A program made the translations under genes and the position numbers. The notes below the pieces were generated by a model. The model searched no databases. It was given only the letters and a program-made list of their open reading frames with translations, and was not told the origin of the DNA. DNA of 64,000 nt from Patescibacteria group bacterium. Its GTDB lineage: Bacteria; Patescibacteriota; Minisyncoccia; Moranbacterales; UBA2206. Location: contig JAKLIG010000002.1 in the NCBI GenBank assembly GCA_022709735.1, positions 65,949-129,948 on the forward strand. Reading direction: 5' to 3'. This document shows, piece by piece, positions 47,330 through 57,140 of the stretch (its first letter is position 1; each line of letters starts with the position of its first letter).

Positions 47330-48685
47330 ATGATTAATAATATTCAACTATTAGATCAATACAATCAACTCCGAGAAATTTCCCAAGAAGCGATTGATCA
47401 TATTGATTCTGGTGTGGCCGAACGAGTCCTAAGAGAAATCAGAAAAAATTTCCCTGTTTTAAATTTGGGAAAGGCCACTTCTGATTTAGACAAAAAAATA
47501 TATGATCTACAGATAAAAATGCAGATTGTCAACTTTTTAGCCATCACCAACGAAGAAGCAATGAATATATTCAAAAATCATCTTCTTTCTTTTTTTAGAA
47601 TTGACATTCCAATGGAAGAAAGAGTGATTTCTCGTTATAATTATGTTGGCTATTCCGAAAAAGAGTCAGCTCGACTGGCTTTGAAAAAAGCTATTTTGGA
47701 AAACAAAGAGAGACTAGGCAATCTAACTATAGGCGAATGGGTAAATAAATTTGAAGAAAAAGATGTTGCTCTTGGCAGGTCAGAAAATTCTATTATGACT
47801 TTTATGTCGGAAGATTTGGATGCAAAAAAATTGCCAAAAACAGAACATGGTCTTTTGAAAATAATTTTACATGTTTATAAAAAATTAATAGCCTTGAAAT
47901 TAATCGATATTTTTGATATTGCAGAAACATTAAAAGAATCTGCTGGCAATAAACAACCAGATAAAAGACAGTCCTACTTAAGATATATTTCGCCAGAAAC
48001 TGAACTTTCGGAAAATGCTAAAACTGCAAATCTTACTCTTCCCGACGCTCTCAAGAGTTATCCTGATCTTGGCGAACAGTTGATTACCTCAAATTATATA
48101 AAACTCAAAAATTTTCCCGAACCAGTTCGACCATCAATCAAAAACTGGCTTTCTGACTATACTTTCAACACTGGCTATGAATCACATGGCGCGATGGATC
48201 GCGGAACATATCTTTTCCGAAATGAAAATGCAAAAATCCTAAATTCAGCCGATCGCGAAAGACTTTCTTATGTTTTAAAAAGCTATGATGAAAATTCGCT
48301 AATTGATGTCAACACTAACACTAAACAAATAGTTTTCCCAAAAGCCGAATTGACTAAGCAACATGCTTCATCGATCAAAACAGAATACAAGCCTGCCCCA
48401 ATAGCAGAAAGAAAAAACACTTCTGATTTTGGCGCGCAAAATCAAGCCTCAAGAAACTTTCAAGAAATTTACAATGCCCCAAAACAAAATGTTCAACCAA
48501 AAAATGAGCCCTTGAGTTTCAGCTCCCCACAAAAACTTCCCTATGAAAAACAAACGGCTCTGACTAAAAATTATAGCCCTCAACCGATGAGAATTTCCTC
48601 ACAAAATTCAAAACAAAATGAAAATAATAATTCAAAAAATAACCGCAATGTTCCACCAGGGAATATTGTAAACTTAAAAGAATAA
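47330..48685 (+). CDS. hypothetical soluble protein within T4SS-like cluster
   Basis: 451 aa. No TM and no NTP-binding motif. Confidence 0.4.
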   Translation: MINNIQLLDQYNQLREISQEAIDHIDSGVAERVLREIRKNFPVLNLGKATSDLDKKIYDLQIKMQIVNFLAITNEEAMNIFKNHLLSFFRIDIPMEERVISRYNYVGYSEKESARLALKKAILENKERLGNLTIGEWVNKFEEKDVALGRSENSIMTFMSEDLDAKKLPKTEHGLLKIILHVYKKLIALKLIDIFDIAETLKESAGNKQPDKRQSYLRYISPETELSENAKTANLTLPDALKSYPDLGEQLITSNYIKLKNFPEPVRPSIKNWLSDYTFNTGYESHGAMDRGTYLFRNENAKILNSADRERLSYVLKSYDENSLIDVNTNTKQIVFPKAELTKQHASSIKTEYKPAPIAERKNTSDFGAQNQASRNFQEIYNAPKQNVQPKNEPLSFSSPQKLPYEKQTALTKNYSPQPMRISSQNSKQNENNNSKNNRNVPPGNIVNLKE

Positions 48686-48686
48686 T

Positions 48687-49085
48687 ATGTTATTCAATGT
48701 TCCACAATTTATCGATATTGAAGACAAAATTGTCGGCCCACTCACGGCCAAACAACTTGGTTGGCTTGGAATTGCTGGAGTTTTACTTCTTATTTTCTGG
48801 GGTACGCTCACTTTTTCCACTTTTGTCTTTGTCGCAATAATAACTCTTGGGATTTTTGGCGCCTTGGCATTTTATCGACCATATAACCAGCCCCTTTCAA
48901 ATCTTATAATGTCTGGAATAAATTATTTTATAAAACCGAAAGTCTATGTTTGGAAGAGATATTATGATAATATAAAAGCAACCAGCCAAGTTTCTGTTCA
49001 TCCTAAAGAAGAAGTTATTATTAGAAAAAAAGTTTTAGATAATAAAAAAATAGAAGAATTAACAAAAATACTAAATCAAAAATAA
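48687..49085 (+). CDS. VirB3/PrgI-like small two-TM protein
   Basis: 132 aa with two adjacent TM helices. It sits immediately upstream of VirB4, the conserved VirB3 position. Confidence 0.45.
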   Translation: MLFNVPQFIDIEDKIVGPLTAKQLGWLGIAGVLLLIFWGTLTFSTFVFVAIITLGIFGALAFYRPYNQPLSNLIMSGINYFIKPKVYVWKRYYDNIKATSQVSVHPKEEVIIRKKVLDNKKIEELTKILNQK

Positions 49086-49774
49086 TGGAATTTCTACATT
49101 CAAAAAAATTATCAAAAGAAGCGTCTTCTTCGCCTACCCAAAAATACTTGGATGTAGCAGAAATTAAAGATGATGTGGTTGTTCTGAAATCCGGCGCGCT
49201 TCGTTCTATTCTGGCGGTATCCGCAATCAACTTTGATTTGAAATCAACTGACGAGCAAGAAGCCATCATCAATCAATATCAGAATTTCTTGAATTCTGTA
49301 GATTTTCCTATCCAAATTCTAATCAGTTCTCGAAAACTGAATATGCAAACTTATCTTGACTATATCACCGAAAAGGAAAAAACCCAGTCAAGCGAACTTC
49401 TCCGAATGCAACTGGCAGAATACAAAAGTTTTATCGAGCAACTAGTAAGCGGTTCAAATATTATGGAAAAAAATTTCTATATAATTATCCCGTTTTCTCC
49501 AATTGAAAATCAAGAAAAAGGATTTTTTTCAAATATCGGAAGCCTCATGAACCCGCAGAAGAATATTCTAGAAAAAAGAGAGAATTTTGAAACATACAAA
49601 AACCAACTTTTTCAAAGAATCGACCATGTTATCGCTGCCCTCTCTGGAATTGGCTTGCGCATTGCGCCTCTCAAAACTGAAGAGCTTATTGAACTTTTGT
49701 TTGATTCCTACAATCCTGAAGTTTTCAATGCAACAGAACTTAAGGATATAAATAAATTAGAACTACAAAAATAA
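49085..49774 (+). CDS. VirB4/TraC N-terminal domain encoded as a separate ORF
   Basis: DDVVVLKSGALRSILAVSAINFDLKSTDEQEAIINQYQNFLNSVDFPIQIL matches the N-terminal domain of Gram-positive-type VirB4 (TcpF/Orf16-like). It ends in an A5 tract 4 nt before the next ORF, which is in the +1 frame. Confidence 0.55.
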   Translation: MEFLHSKKLSKEASSSPTQKYLDVAEIKDDVVVLKSGALRSILAVSAINFDLKSTDEQEAIINQYQNFLNSVDFPIQILISSRKLNMQTYLDYITEKEKTQSSELLRMQLAEYKSFIEQLVSGSNIMEKNFYIIIPFSPIENQEKGFFSNIGSLMNPQKNILEKRENFETYKNQLFQRIDHVIAALSGIGLRIAPLKTEELIELLFDSYNPEVFNATELKDINKLELQK

Positions 49775-49778
49775 ATTC

Positions 49779-51605
49779 ATGCTTAATTTATTCAAAAAAA
49801 ATACAAACACTCCTGCTCCCGCCAAACCGACTAATGAAGTTTTAGAATCAGAAAAATATTATCAAGAAGGGGTTTCTCGCCTCAACGATCTTTTGGCGCC
49901 CGCAGCTATAAAAGTAACTCCAAAATATATCCGAGTAGGCGAAACTCTCGCCCAAACTATTTTTGTCGTCGCTTATCCACGATTTCTAAATAGCAACTGG
50001 TTTTCACCGATTATAAACATCGACTTGCCGATAGATATTTCCATGTTTATTCATCCAATTGAAACTTACGACATTTTGAAAGATCTTAAAAAAAATGCCA
50101 CTCGAGTTGAATCACAACTTCATATCGAACAAGAAAAAGGTATGATTCGTGATCCTGCTCTCGAAACAGCCATTCAGGATATTGACGAACTTCGGGACAA
50201 ACTTCAACAAGGAACAGAAAAATTTTTCCGCTTTGGGCTCTATATCACTGCTTATGGAGAAAATGAAAAAGAACTTTCTGACATTTCTCGTTCCATTGAA
50301 GCAATTTTGGAAGCGCAATTGGTTTATATAAAACCGGCTATTTTTAAGTCTGAACAAGGATTCAATTCCACCCTTCCTCTTGCCAATGATGAATTAGACA
50401 TTGGAAGCAGCATGAATAGCGCTCCGCTTTCTACTACATTTCCTTTTGTTTCCTCCACCCTTTCTTCTAATGATGGAATTCTCTATGGAATAAACCGCCA
50501 CAACAATAGCTTGATTATTTTTGATCGATTCAAAATGGAAAACGCTAATATGGTAGTTTTTGCTAAATCTGGTGCTGGAAAAAGCTATACCATAAAGCTA
50601 GAAGTTCTCCGATCTCTTATGATGGGAACAGATGTTATTATTATTGATCCAGAAAATGAATACAAACATTTATGCGAAACAGTCGGTGGAACTTTTATAA
50701 AAATTTCCCTAAATTCCAACAACCATCTCAATCCTTTTGATTTACCACATATCAAAGAAGATGAGGATCCTGAAGATATCCTTCGAAATAACATTGCCAA
50801 TCTTCTCGGGCTTTTTCATATTATGCTTGGAAATATTACTCCAGAAGAAGATTCTATTTTAGGTCGAGCCATTCGGGAAACCTATGCTGTCCGCGATATT
50901 ACGGCTGAATCAAATTTCGATACTCTTACAAAAGAATCCTATCCCACCATGACTGATCTTTATCAAATTCTTCGCAGTATGGACGGCGGAGAAAACTTGG
51001 CCATTCGAATGGAAAAATATACGGAAGGAATTTTTTCAGGTTTCTTAAATAATACTACCAACATAAGCGTAAATAACCCGATGATGGTTTTCAATATCCG
51101 TGACATGGAAGAAGAATTGCGTCCAATTGCTATGTATATGGTAATGCAGTTTATTTGGAATGAAATGAGAACAACACTCAAGCGCCGGCTGGTTTTGGCC
51201 GATGAAGCTTGGGTAATGATGAAGTATGACGATGCTGCTTCTTTTATGTTCGGAATTGCTAAGCGTTGCCGAAAATATTATACCGGTCTCACTACCATCA
51301 CCCAGGATGTCAACGACTTTCTAAGCTCGCGCTACGGAAAAGCCATTGTCACCAACTCCTCAATTCAATTGCTTTTAAAACAATCGCCAGCCGCCGTGGA
51401 TGTTATCAGCGAAACTTTCTATCTCACTGACCAGGAAAAATTTCTTCTCTTGGAATCAAATGTCGGTGAAGGAATTTTTTTCGCTGGCACAAAGCATGTT
51501 GCTATTAAGGTTGTAGCTTCATATTCAGAGGATCAAATAATTACTACTGATCCAGCTCAACTTTTAGAAATTGAGCAAGCCAAAAAAGAATTCTCTGAAG
51601 AATAA
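49779..51605 (+). CDS. VirB4/TrbE-family T4SS ATPase (middle and C-terminal ATPase domains)
   Basis: YIRVGETLAQTIFVVAYPRFL middle-domain motif. Walker A AKSGAGKSY and Walker B RRLVLADEAW. Confidence 0.85.
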   Translation: MLNLFKKNTNTPAPAKPTNEVLESEKYYQEGVSRLNDLLAPAAIKVTPKYIRVGETLAQTIFVVAYPRFLNSNWFSPIINIDLPIDISMFIHPIETYDILKDLKKNATRVESQLHIEQEKGMIRDPALETAIQDIDELRDKLQQGTEKFFRFGLYITAYGENEKELSDISRSIEAILEAQLVYIKPAIFKSEQGFNSTLPLANDELDIGSSMNSAPLSTTFPFVSSTLSSNDGILYGINRHNNSLIIFDRFKMENANMVVFAKSGAGKSYTIKLEVLRSLMMGTDVIIIDPENEYKHLCETVGGTFIKISLNSNNHLNPFDLPHIKEDEDPEDILRNNIANLLGLFHIMLGNITPEEDSILGRAIRETYAVRDITAESNFDTLTKESYPTMTDLYQILRSMDGGENLAIRMEKYTEGIFSGFLNNTTNISVNNPMMVFNIRDMEEELRPIAMYMVMQFIWNEMRTTLKRRLVLADEAWVMMKYDDAASFMFGIAKRCRKYYTGLTTITQDVNDFLSSRYGKAIVTNSSIQLLLKQSPAAVDVISETFYLTDQEKFLLLESNVGEGIFFAGTKHVAIKVVASYSEDQIITTDPAQLLEIEQAKKEFSEE

Positions 51606-51608
51606 ATT

Positions 51609-52175
51609 ATGCTATACGATCCTCAAAAAAAACAAAATTTTGAAGATGAAAAACTAAAAACTCGTCAAGAAAAAGCTCAGAAAACATTGAAAGAAAACAG
51701 CATTGGAAAAAACAAAGGCCAAGCGCAAAAAACTATCCGATCCGCTAAAAATTTACTAAAAAAACTCACTCCGCTTCACGCCTTGTCTCTTGCTACCCAA
51801 ATCCGACCGTCTGATTTAGTTTATCTCATCGCCCTAGTTGCAGCAATTTTAAAAGATTTTTTAATAGATCCTATTGAAGCTACAGGGATAGGTTATGCTT
51901 TTGTATTTATAATAACACTCCTTGTTTCAATCCTTATTTGGTTTATGATGACTTTGGCAAATTTTTCCGATAGCGGGCAAAAGGTGAATCATAAGGTAAT
52001 AAAAAGCTGGCTTGTTCTCTTGGGAGGAACAACCGCCGAAATGCTTTTTGGAGTTAATATTCTGCCAATTGAAACACTCACAGTTTTTATTATATATTTT
52101 ATGGCACTTTCTGCCCGAAAAGAAGCTAAAGAAAAAGCCAAAGAAGAAGCTGCTGCGCAAGAAAGTTATGCCTAA
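51609..52175 (+). CDS. membrane protein (3-4 TM), unknown function
   Basis: 188 aa. Starts 4 nt after VirB4. Confidence 0.4.
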   Translation: MLYDPQKKQNFEDEKLKTRQEKAQKTLKENSIGKNKGQAQKTIRSAKNLLKKLTPLHALSLATQIRPSDLVYLIALVAAILKDFLIDPIEATGIGYAFVFIITLLVSILIWFMMTLANFSDSGQKVNHKVIKSWLVLLGGTTAEMLFGVNILPIETLTVFIIYFMALSARKEAKEKAKEEAAAQESYA

Positions 52176-52199
52176 AAATTTCGTGCCACTCACAAACAT

Positions 52200-52880
52200 A
52201 TGCGCTATTATAGAAAAAAAAGTTTTTTGTCCCGCTTAACTAGCGTTTTTATCGATAATAAGGAAATTGCCATCACCTGCTTGGTAATTATTTTTTGTTT
52301 ACTTTTATCAATTATTTTTCCGGTCAACAATTCCGTCCAGCTTCTTACTCGAAATATTTTTTTTCTGATTATTGTTCCAATTCTTTATTATAAATTAATT
52401 CTTGGAAAAAGATTTTCCGACTTGGGCCTGATTTTAGGCGACAAAAGGGCGGGAATTTTTTGGGGAATTATTTTGTTCTTTGTTTCTCTTTTGATTTTTT
52501 ATCTTCTTTATACCTATACAGATTTTAAAAAAAATTATTTGCTTTCATCCTATGTCGTCCATAATTTCTGGCTTTTTTTGCTTTACGAGCTTTTACTCGC
52601 CAATCTTTTTGTTTTTATCCAAGAATTTTTTTGGCGCGGATTTATCTTACTTTATTTTTCCAAAAAAATATCTTACTTTTCAATTTTTTTACAATTTATT
52701 CTTTTCACATTGATGCTTATTCCAGCAAAAAATACTTTTTGGCAAATGGCACCAACACTAGTAATTTCCCTTTTTTCTGGTATAATTGTATACAAAAGCC
52801 GGTCTATTTTATATTCTTGGATTTTCGCTTTGTTTTCCCTGGTAATTTTAGATAGTTTCATAATCTATCATTTAAAATGA
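52200..52880 (+). CDS. CPBP-family (CAAX/Abi) intramembrane protease-like protein
   Basis: Polytopic. QEFFWRGF matches the EExxxR motif-1 region. Confidence 0.4.
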   Translation: MRYYRKKSFLSRLTSVFIDNKEIAITCLVIIFCLLLSIIFPVNNSVQLLTRNIFFLIIVPILYYKLILGKRFSDLGLILGDKRAGIFWGIILFFVSLLIFYLLYTYTDFKKNYLLSSYVVHNFWLFLLYELLLANLFVFIQEFFWRGFILLYFSKKISYFSIFLQFILFTLMLIPAKNTFWQMAPTLVISLFSGIIVYKSRSILYSWIFALFSLVILDSFIIYHLK

Positions 52881-55669
52881 AAAATAAAAAGTTCAAAAAA
52901 ATTTATTCAATATTAAACTTGGTTGTTATTGTTTTGCTATTTTTTTCCCAAACAGGAATAGCGCAAGCTATTGATGTAGGAAGTGTCGGCAATATTATGG
53001 GTGTCAGTAGCCCGGCTGGTTTTTTAGATTCCATCTTTGACGATCTCGAATTAGATAAAGAAGAACTCAAATATGACATTCAGACATTCAATTCATCTAG
53101 CTCGAAAAAAACTCCACCGTCAGTTTCTCTATTTTTTAGCCCGGCTAATCCAAGCGAGGGAGAAAAAATCACCGTCACTGCTTCCCCAACTTATTTTCTA
53201 AATGACCCCAAGGAATTATATTATACTTGGTTTTTAAAAACAGAGGATTGTGATAGAACTAACAATATCACAGAAGAAAACAGAAAATGCGACCTTGATG
53301 AAGATGAGGATATCGATATTGAAGATTATAAAATAAAAGCTACTAAAATCATTGCTAACGGTGGATTTGTTTTGCCTGAAAATTATGGGGAACTTGAAAA
53401 ACTTTACCAAAGCGACTCTGATGATGATGGCTATGATGCTTATACGGGAGGTAATGATCAAAAAGGCAAAAACCCCTATTGCTACATTCACAATATAGAA
53501 ACTGGTGAGGAATATCGAATAAAGCATTGCGAGGAAGATGATGAAGAAGATGTTGATTTCAAAGATCTCCATCTTTTCCCAAATGCTCCTTACAGAACAA
53601 CTGGAAATGGAGAATTTGATACAATTGAAGAAAAATTCTGGAACACTGATCCAAACAGCAACGATACTGCCGGTACTGGAAATTCCGATGAAGCTAATGT
53701 AGCCGGGTTAGGCATAACTAACTTTACTTGGAATTATCAAAAGGGCGATGAAGTAGGAGTAGCAGTAGAAGGAGTCTCCACTGAACCGACTCAAACAGAT
53801 GATTCTTCCTACAAAACCATGTGGGCGATAAGCAAGGGGACTTATGAAGTTGATACTACTTATAATGAAAATGACTATCCGGAAACTACTACTCTAAGCA
53901 CAGATACTGATTTAAATACGCCTGTGCTTGGGCAAACCACTGTCACGATCAAAACTAAAGTTGAAGAAATTGATACTGACGAAGATGGAAATGAAAAAAT
54001 TGTCAATGAAATTGCCACAATTAAAACCACTTATTATACTAGAGTTACTATAACTAATGATATAACCGGAGACATTATAAGCGATGATACTGATCCGGAT
54101 GAATCAACAACCGAAGATCCAAACCCAGCCTATTCCACAGCCAATCTTGCTGGAGAGTTTGATATAGAAGCAAATGATTATGAAATTGAAAAGCCCTCTG
54201 ATTTAAATAAGCTTTTATACAAGGCCTTAGTTTCTCCTCAAGAAAACAGTGCCGGGAGTAATAAATTGGAAATTAATCTTTCTTATTCTCCTTCCAATCC
54301 AATAAATGATCCAACCGGCGAGCAAAGCGATATATTAGTTATCCATTCTTCTATTCCAAATGCTAAAGATAATAATTATTTGCAATATAAATGGAGTGTT
54401 TATAATAGTGACGAAGTAAATCCTGATAGTTGGGGGAACGCTATGCTAAAAACTGACCTGCCTGAATCAACTCAATCGATTGGATTTGGAATTGATACTT
54501 TTAAATTTAAATTAGCTTTAGAAAATCCAAAAAAATATATTAGAGTTGCTCTGACTGCCACAGAAAATGTTGGAGAAACATATTCTCGAAAAACTAGCCA
54601 GGATTTAATTATTCCAATTACTTCTATAGACGAAAATGAACAGATAAGCGCTTCCATTGCTTCCATTACGACGGCTGATCCTTCAGATACGGCCAATCTA
54701 TCTGGGATAAGTCTTGGTTTAGGCACTCAAATTTGCGATGTCAACGCTACCGAAAAAGCTGTTTGCCCAATTACTAAAAATCAAATTATAGGGCTATCCT
54801 ATCCAAAGAATACTTCTTCAACTACTGCCCAAGATTTTCTTTGGACAATTGATGGCAAACCATTTTCTTATCCATATTGCTATTTTGATGGCTGTGATTC
54901 AACTCATCCAGAAATGCAAACCAATACAGCCTTTTTCCCGGTTCTCAAAGAAGTTGGCGAGAAATATATGATAACTCTTACAACCGTGGATGCGGATAAG
55001 AATGGAAAGAAAATAAATTTAACAAAAACTTTTAAGGTGGTCGAACCAAAAATTGAAATTATTTCAGCAGATGAAAGTTGCGCTATCGGAGACAAAAATT
55101 GCAGACGGGAAGTTATAGGAAAATATTTCGATGTTGATGGCACATCATTCCCTGACTACAGTCGAAATAAATTTTGGGCGATAGTTGGCTCTAATGTCAA
55201 ATTGAAGGCTATAGCTAGCTTTCCGGTTTCCCCAGAAGAATATATTTGGACAGTTGATGGCACTTCGATAAATTATTACAACGCTAGCGACTATGGCTTC
55301 AGTATCGATGATACCGGCGCTCTTATCTTGCCTCCAAAAGAAAAACAAGGAGAAAATTATAATATATCTGCGAGCGCTCTCTATACCCAAGATCCCTTAG
55401 TTAAAAAAGCACTGAAAAATATTTGGAATATAACTTATAATCAATTCTATGAAAAACCCGTTTCTGATAACATTATTGTAAATATGTATAATGAAGAAGC
55501 AGTGACTACTACTCAAAAATCAGTTAAAAAAGTATTCGCTTCAGTATTTTCCTCTGCTCCAGCTTATATTGCCTTTCTTCTTAGAGTAGTTCTCACTATA
55601 TTCATCCTCCTATTCACAGTAAATTTAATTTTTTCTTTTTCTCCAAAAATTAATTCAAAAGAAGATTAA
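52877..55669 (+). CDS. large (930 aa) acidic Thr/Asp-rich surface protein with signal peptide and C-terminal TM anchor
   Basis: N-terminal signal peptide. C-terminal AYIAFLLRVVLTIFILLFTVNLIF helix. Confidence 0.5.
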   Translation: MKNKKFKKIYSILNLVVIVLLFFSQTGIAQAIDVGSVGNIMGVSSPAGFLDSIFDDLELDKEELKYDIQTFNSSSSKKTPPSVSLFFSPANPSEGEKITVTASPTYFLNDPKELYYTWFLKTEDCDRTNNITEENRKCDLDEDEDIDIEDYKIKATKIIANGGFVLPENYGELEKLYQSDSDDDGYDAYTGGNDQKGKNPYCYIHNIETGEEYRIKHCEEDDEEDVDFKDLHLFPNAPYRTTGNGEFDTIEEKFWNTDPNSNDTAGTGNSDEANVAGLGITNFTWNYQKGDEVGVAVEGVSTEPTQTDDSSYKTMWAISKGTYEVDTTYNENDYPETTTLSTDTDLNTPVLGQTTVTIKTKVEEIDTDEDGNEKIVNEIATIKTTYYTRVTITNDITGDIISDDTDPDESTTEDPNPAYSTANLAGEFDIEANDYEIEKPSDLNKLLYKALVSPQENSAGSNKLEINLSYSPSNPINDPTGEQSDILVIHSSIPNAKDNNYLQYKWSVYNSDEVNPDSWGNAMLKTDLPESTQSIGFGIDTFKFKLALENPKKYIRVALTATENVGETYSRKTSQDLIIPITSIDENEQISASIASITTADPSDTANLSGISLGLGTQICDVNATEKAVCPITKNQIIGLSYPKNTSSTTAQDFLWTIDGKPFSYPYCYFDGCDSTHPEMQTNTAFFPVLKEVGEKYMITLTTVDADKNGKKINLTKTFKVVEPKIEIISADESCAIGDKNCRREVIGKYFDVDGTSFPDYSRNKFWAIVGSNVKLKAIASFPVSPEEYIWTVDGTSINYYNASDYGFSIDDTGALILPPKEKQGENYNISASALYTQDPLVKKALKNIWNITYNQFYEKPVSDNIIVNMYNEEAVTTTQKSVKKVFASVFSSAPAYIAFLLRVVLTIFILLFTVNLIFSFSPKINSKED

Positions 55670-55678
55670 AAAAACAAA

Positions 55679-56230
55679 ATGAAAAAAATATTTATATTTA
55701 CATTTATTTCTTTATTTGCTTTTCCTTCAATAACAGAGGCCTATTGTTCTTGCTACAATCGACAATATTTTGCAACTACAATTGGCGAGGAAATTACGGA
55801 AGATATAGGGGCTGATAAATGTGACCAAGAATGTGCCAATCGCAGAACGAAATACTATTGTCTTAAAGATGTTTGCGCATCATATGACATTGTTCCTATC
55901 ACAAAAACACCTACCACTACTGATACCACTACTATAGGAACCTACAAACCCATGGAAGAAATTCCAGGATTTGGAAGGCCAGAAAATTTTCCAGCATACC
56001 TTATGGCAATTTATAAATTTGGTCTTTGGGCAATCGGAATGTGCGCAGTTTTTATGATTATGATCGGCGGATATATGTATTTGACTTCTGCTGGCAACAA
56101 TACTCAAACTGGAAAAGCTAAGGGAATTATCACAGACGCTATAGCCGGACTTATCCTAGCGTTAGTTTCGTATCTTTTGCTTTATACAATCAATCCAGAT
56201 TTAGTCATATTTACATCTATAATAAAATAA
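55679..56230 (+). CDS. VirB2/TrbC-like pilin candidate
   Basis: Signal peptide, Cys-rich segment, then two hydrophobic helices (LMAIYKFGLWAIGMCAVFMIMIGGYMYL...AIAGLILALVSYLLLY) in the TrbC/VirB2 arrangement. Confidence 0.45.
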   Translation: MKKIFIFTFISLFAFPSITEAYCSCYNRQYFATTIGEEITEDIGADKCDQECANRRTKYYCLKDVCASYDIVPITKTPTTTDTTTIGTYKPMEEIPGFGRPENFPAYLMAIYKFGLWAIGMCAVFMIMIGGYMYLTSAGNNTQTGKAKGIITDAIAGLILALVSYLLLYTINPDLVIFTSIIK

Positions 56231-56243
56231 AAAATAAAAAACC

Positions 56244-57128
56244 ATGTTTTCTAAAAAAAGTTTTTTTGCAACAATCATAATTTTGCTGTTTTTATTTTTG
56301 CCCCTAGCCTTGATTAATGCTCAAGGTGTAGTTCCTTGCGGGCATGGCGATGATCCAAATAATGCTTGCACGCTTTGCCACCTAATCATCGGCATCAAAA
56401 AAATTATTGATTTTGGCTTGAAATTGCTTGTCGTTGTCGCATTTATTGGAATTTTTATCGCTGGCATAATGTATATCATTTCTTCCGGGTCTGAAGAGAT
56501 GATGAAACGTGCCAAGGCTTTTCTTACTGCCAGTCTTACTGGGTTTGCTATAACTTTAGGCGCATGGCTAATCGTAAATATTGTGATATGGAGCCTTTCT
56601 GCCAATCCCACAATAGGCATTAAAGGGGCTAATTGGTATACCTTTACTTGCAGTACTAAAAGCTCTGCTGCTAATCCAGCAGTAACAACCCCTAGCGCTC
56701 CTAGTGCGCCTAGCACACCTAATGCTCCTAGTGCTCCTGGAGGGGGAGGAACTGCTTCAGGATATACCTATGATCCAGGAATTCAATCTCAAGCATCAGA
56801 TGCCTCAGGAGATTTAACTCAACTTTTAAATTGCATGCAGCCGAAACTGCCTACTGAAGCCAAAAGAATCAGTTCTATTTCCGATTCACATGGAATGGAA
56901 AATTGTGCAGGAACAGCATGGGAAAGTAGTTGCGCTCATACAAAAGATTCTTGCCACTATGGTGGAAAAAATTCTAGTTGTATTGGGAAATCATATGCTG
57001 CTGATTTTGGAAATGAAAGCTATTCTAATCAAATAATTTCAACGGCGAGATCATGCGGAGCAAATTATGCAGTCATGGAAGGAAATCATGTCCATGTCAG
57101 CGTTGGAGCTTCTTGCGGATGTAACTAA
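56244..57128 (+). CDS. second VirB2/TrbC-like pilin domain fused to a Pro/Ala/Ser linker and a Cys-rich C-terminal domain
   Basis: Signal peptide. Pilin-like helices KLLVVVAFIGIFIAGIMYI / FAITLGAWLIVNIVIW. Linker PSAPSAPSTPNAPSAPGGGG. At least 8 Cys in the C-terminal 140 aa. Confidence 0.4.
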   Translation: MFSKKSFFATIIILLFLFLPLALINAQGVVPCGHGDDPNNACTLCHLIIGIKKIIDFGLKLLVVVAFIGIFIAGIMYIISSGSEEMMKRAKAFLTASLTGFAITLGAWLIVNIVIWSLSANPTIGIKGANWYTFTCSTKSSAANPAVTTPSAPSAPSTPNAPSAPGGGGTASGYTYDPGIQSQASDASGDLTQLLNCMQPKLPTEAKRISSISDSHGMENCAGTAWESSCAHTKDSCHYGGKNSSCIGKSYAADFGNESYSNQIISTARSCGANYAVMEGNHVHVSVGASCGCN

Positions 57129-57140
57129 TTTAGCAAAAAA

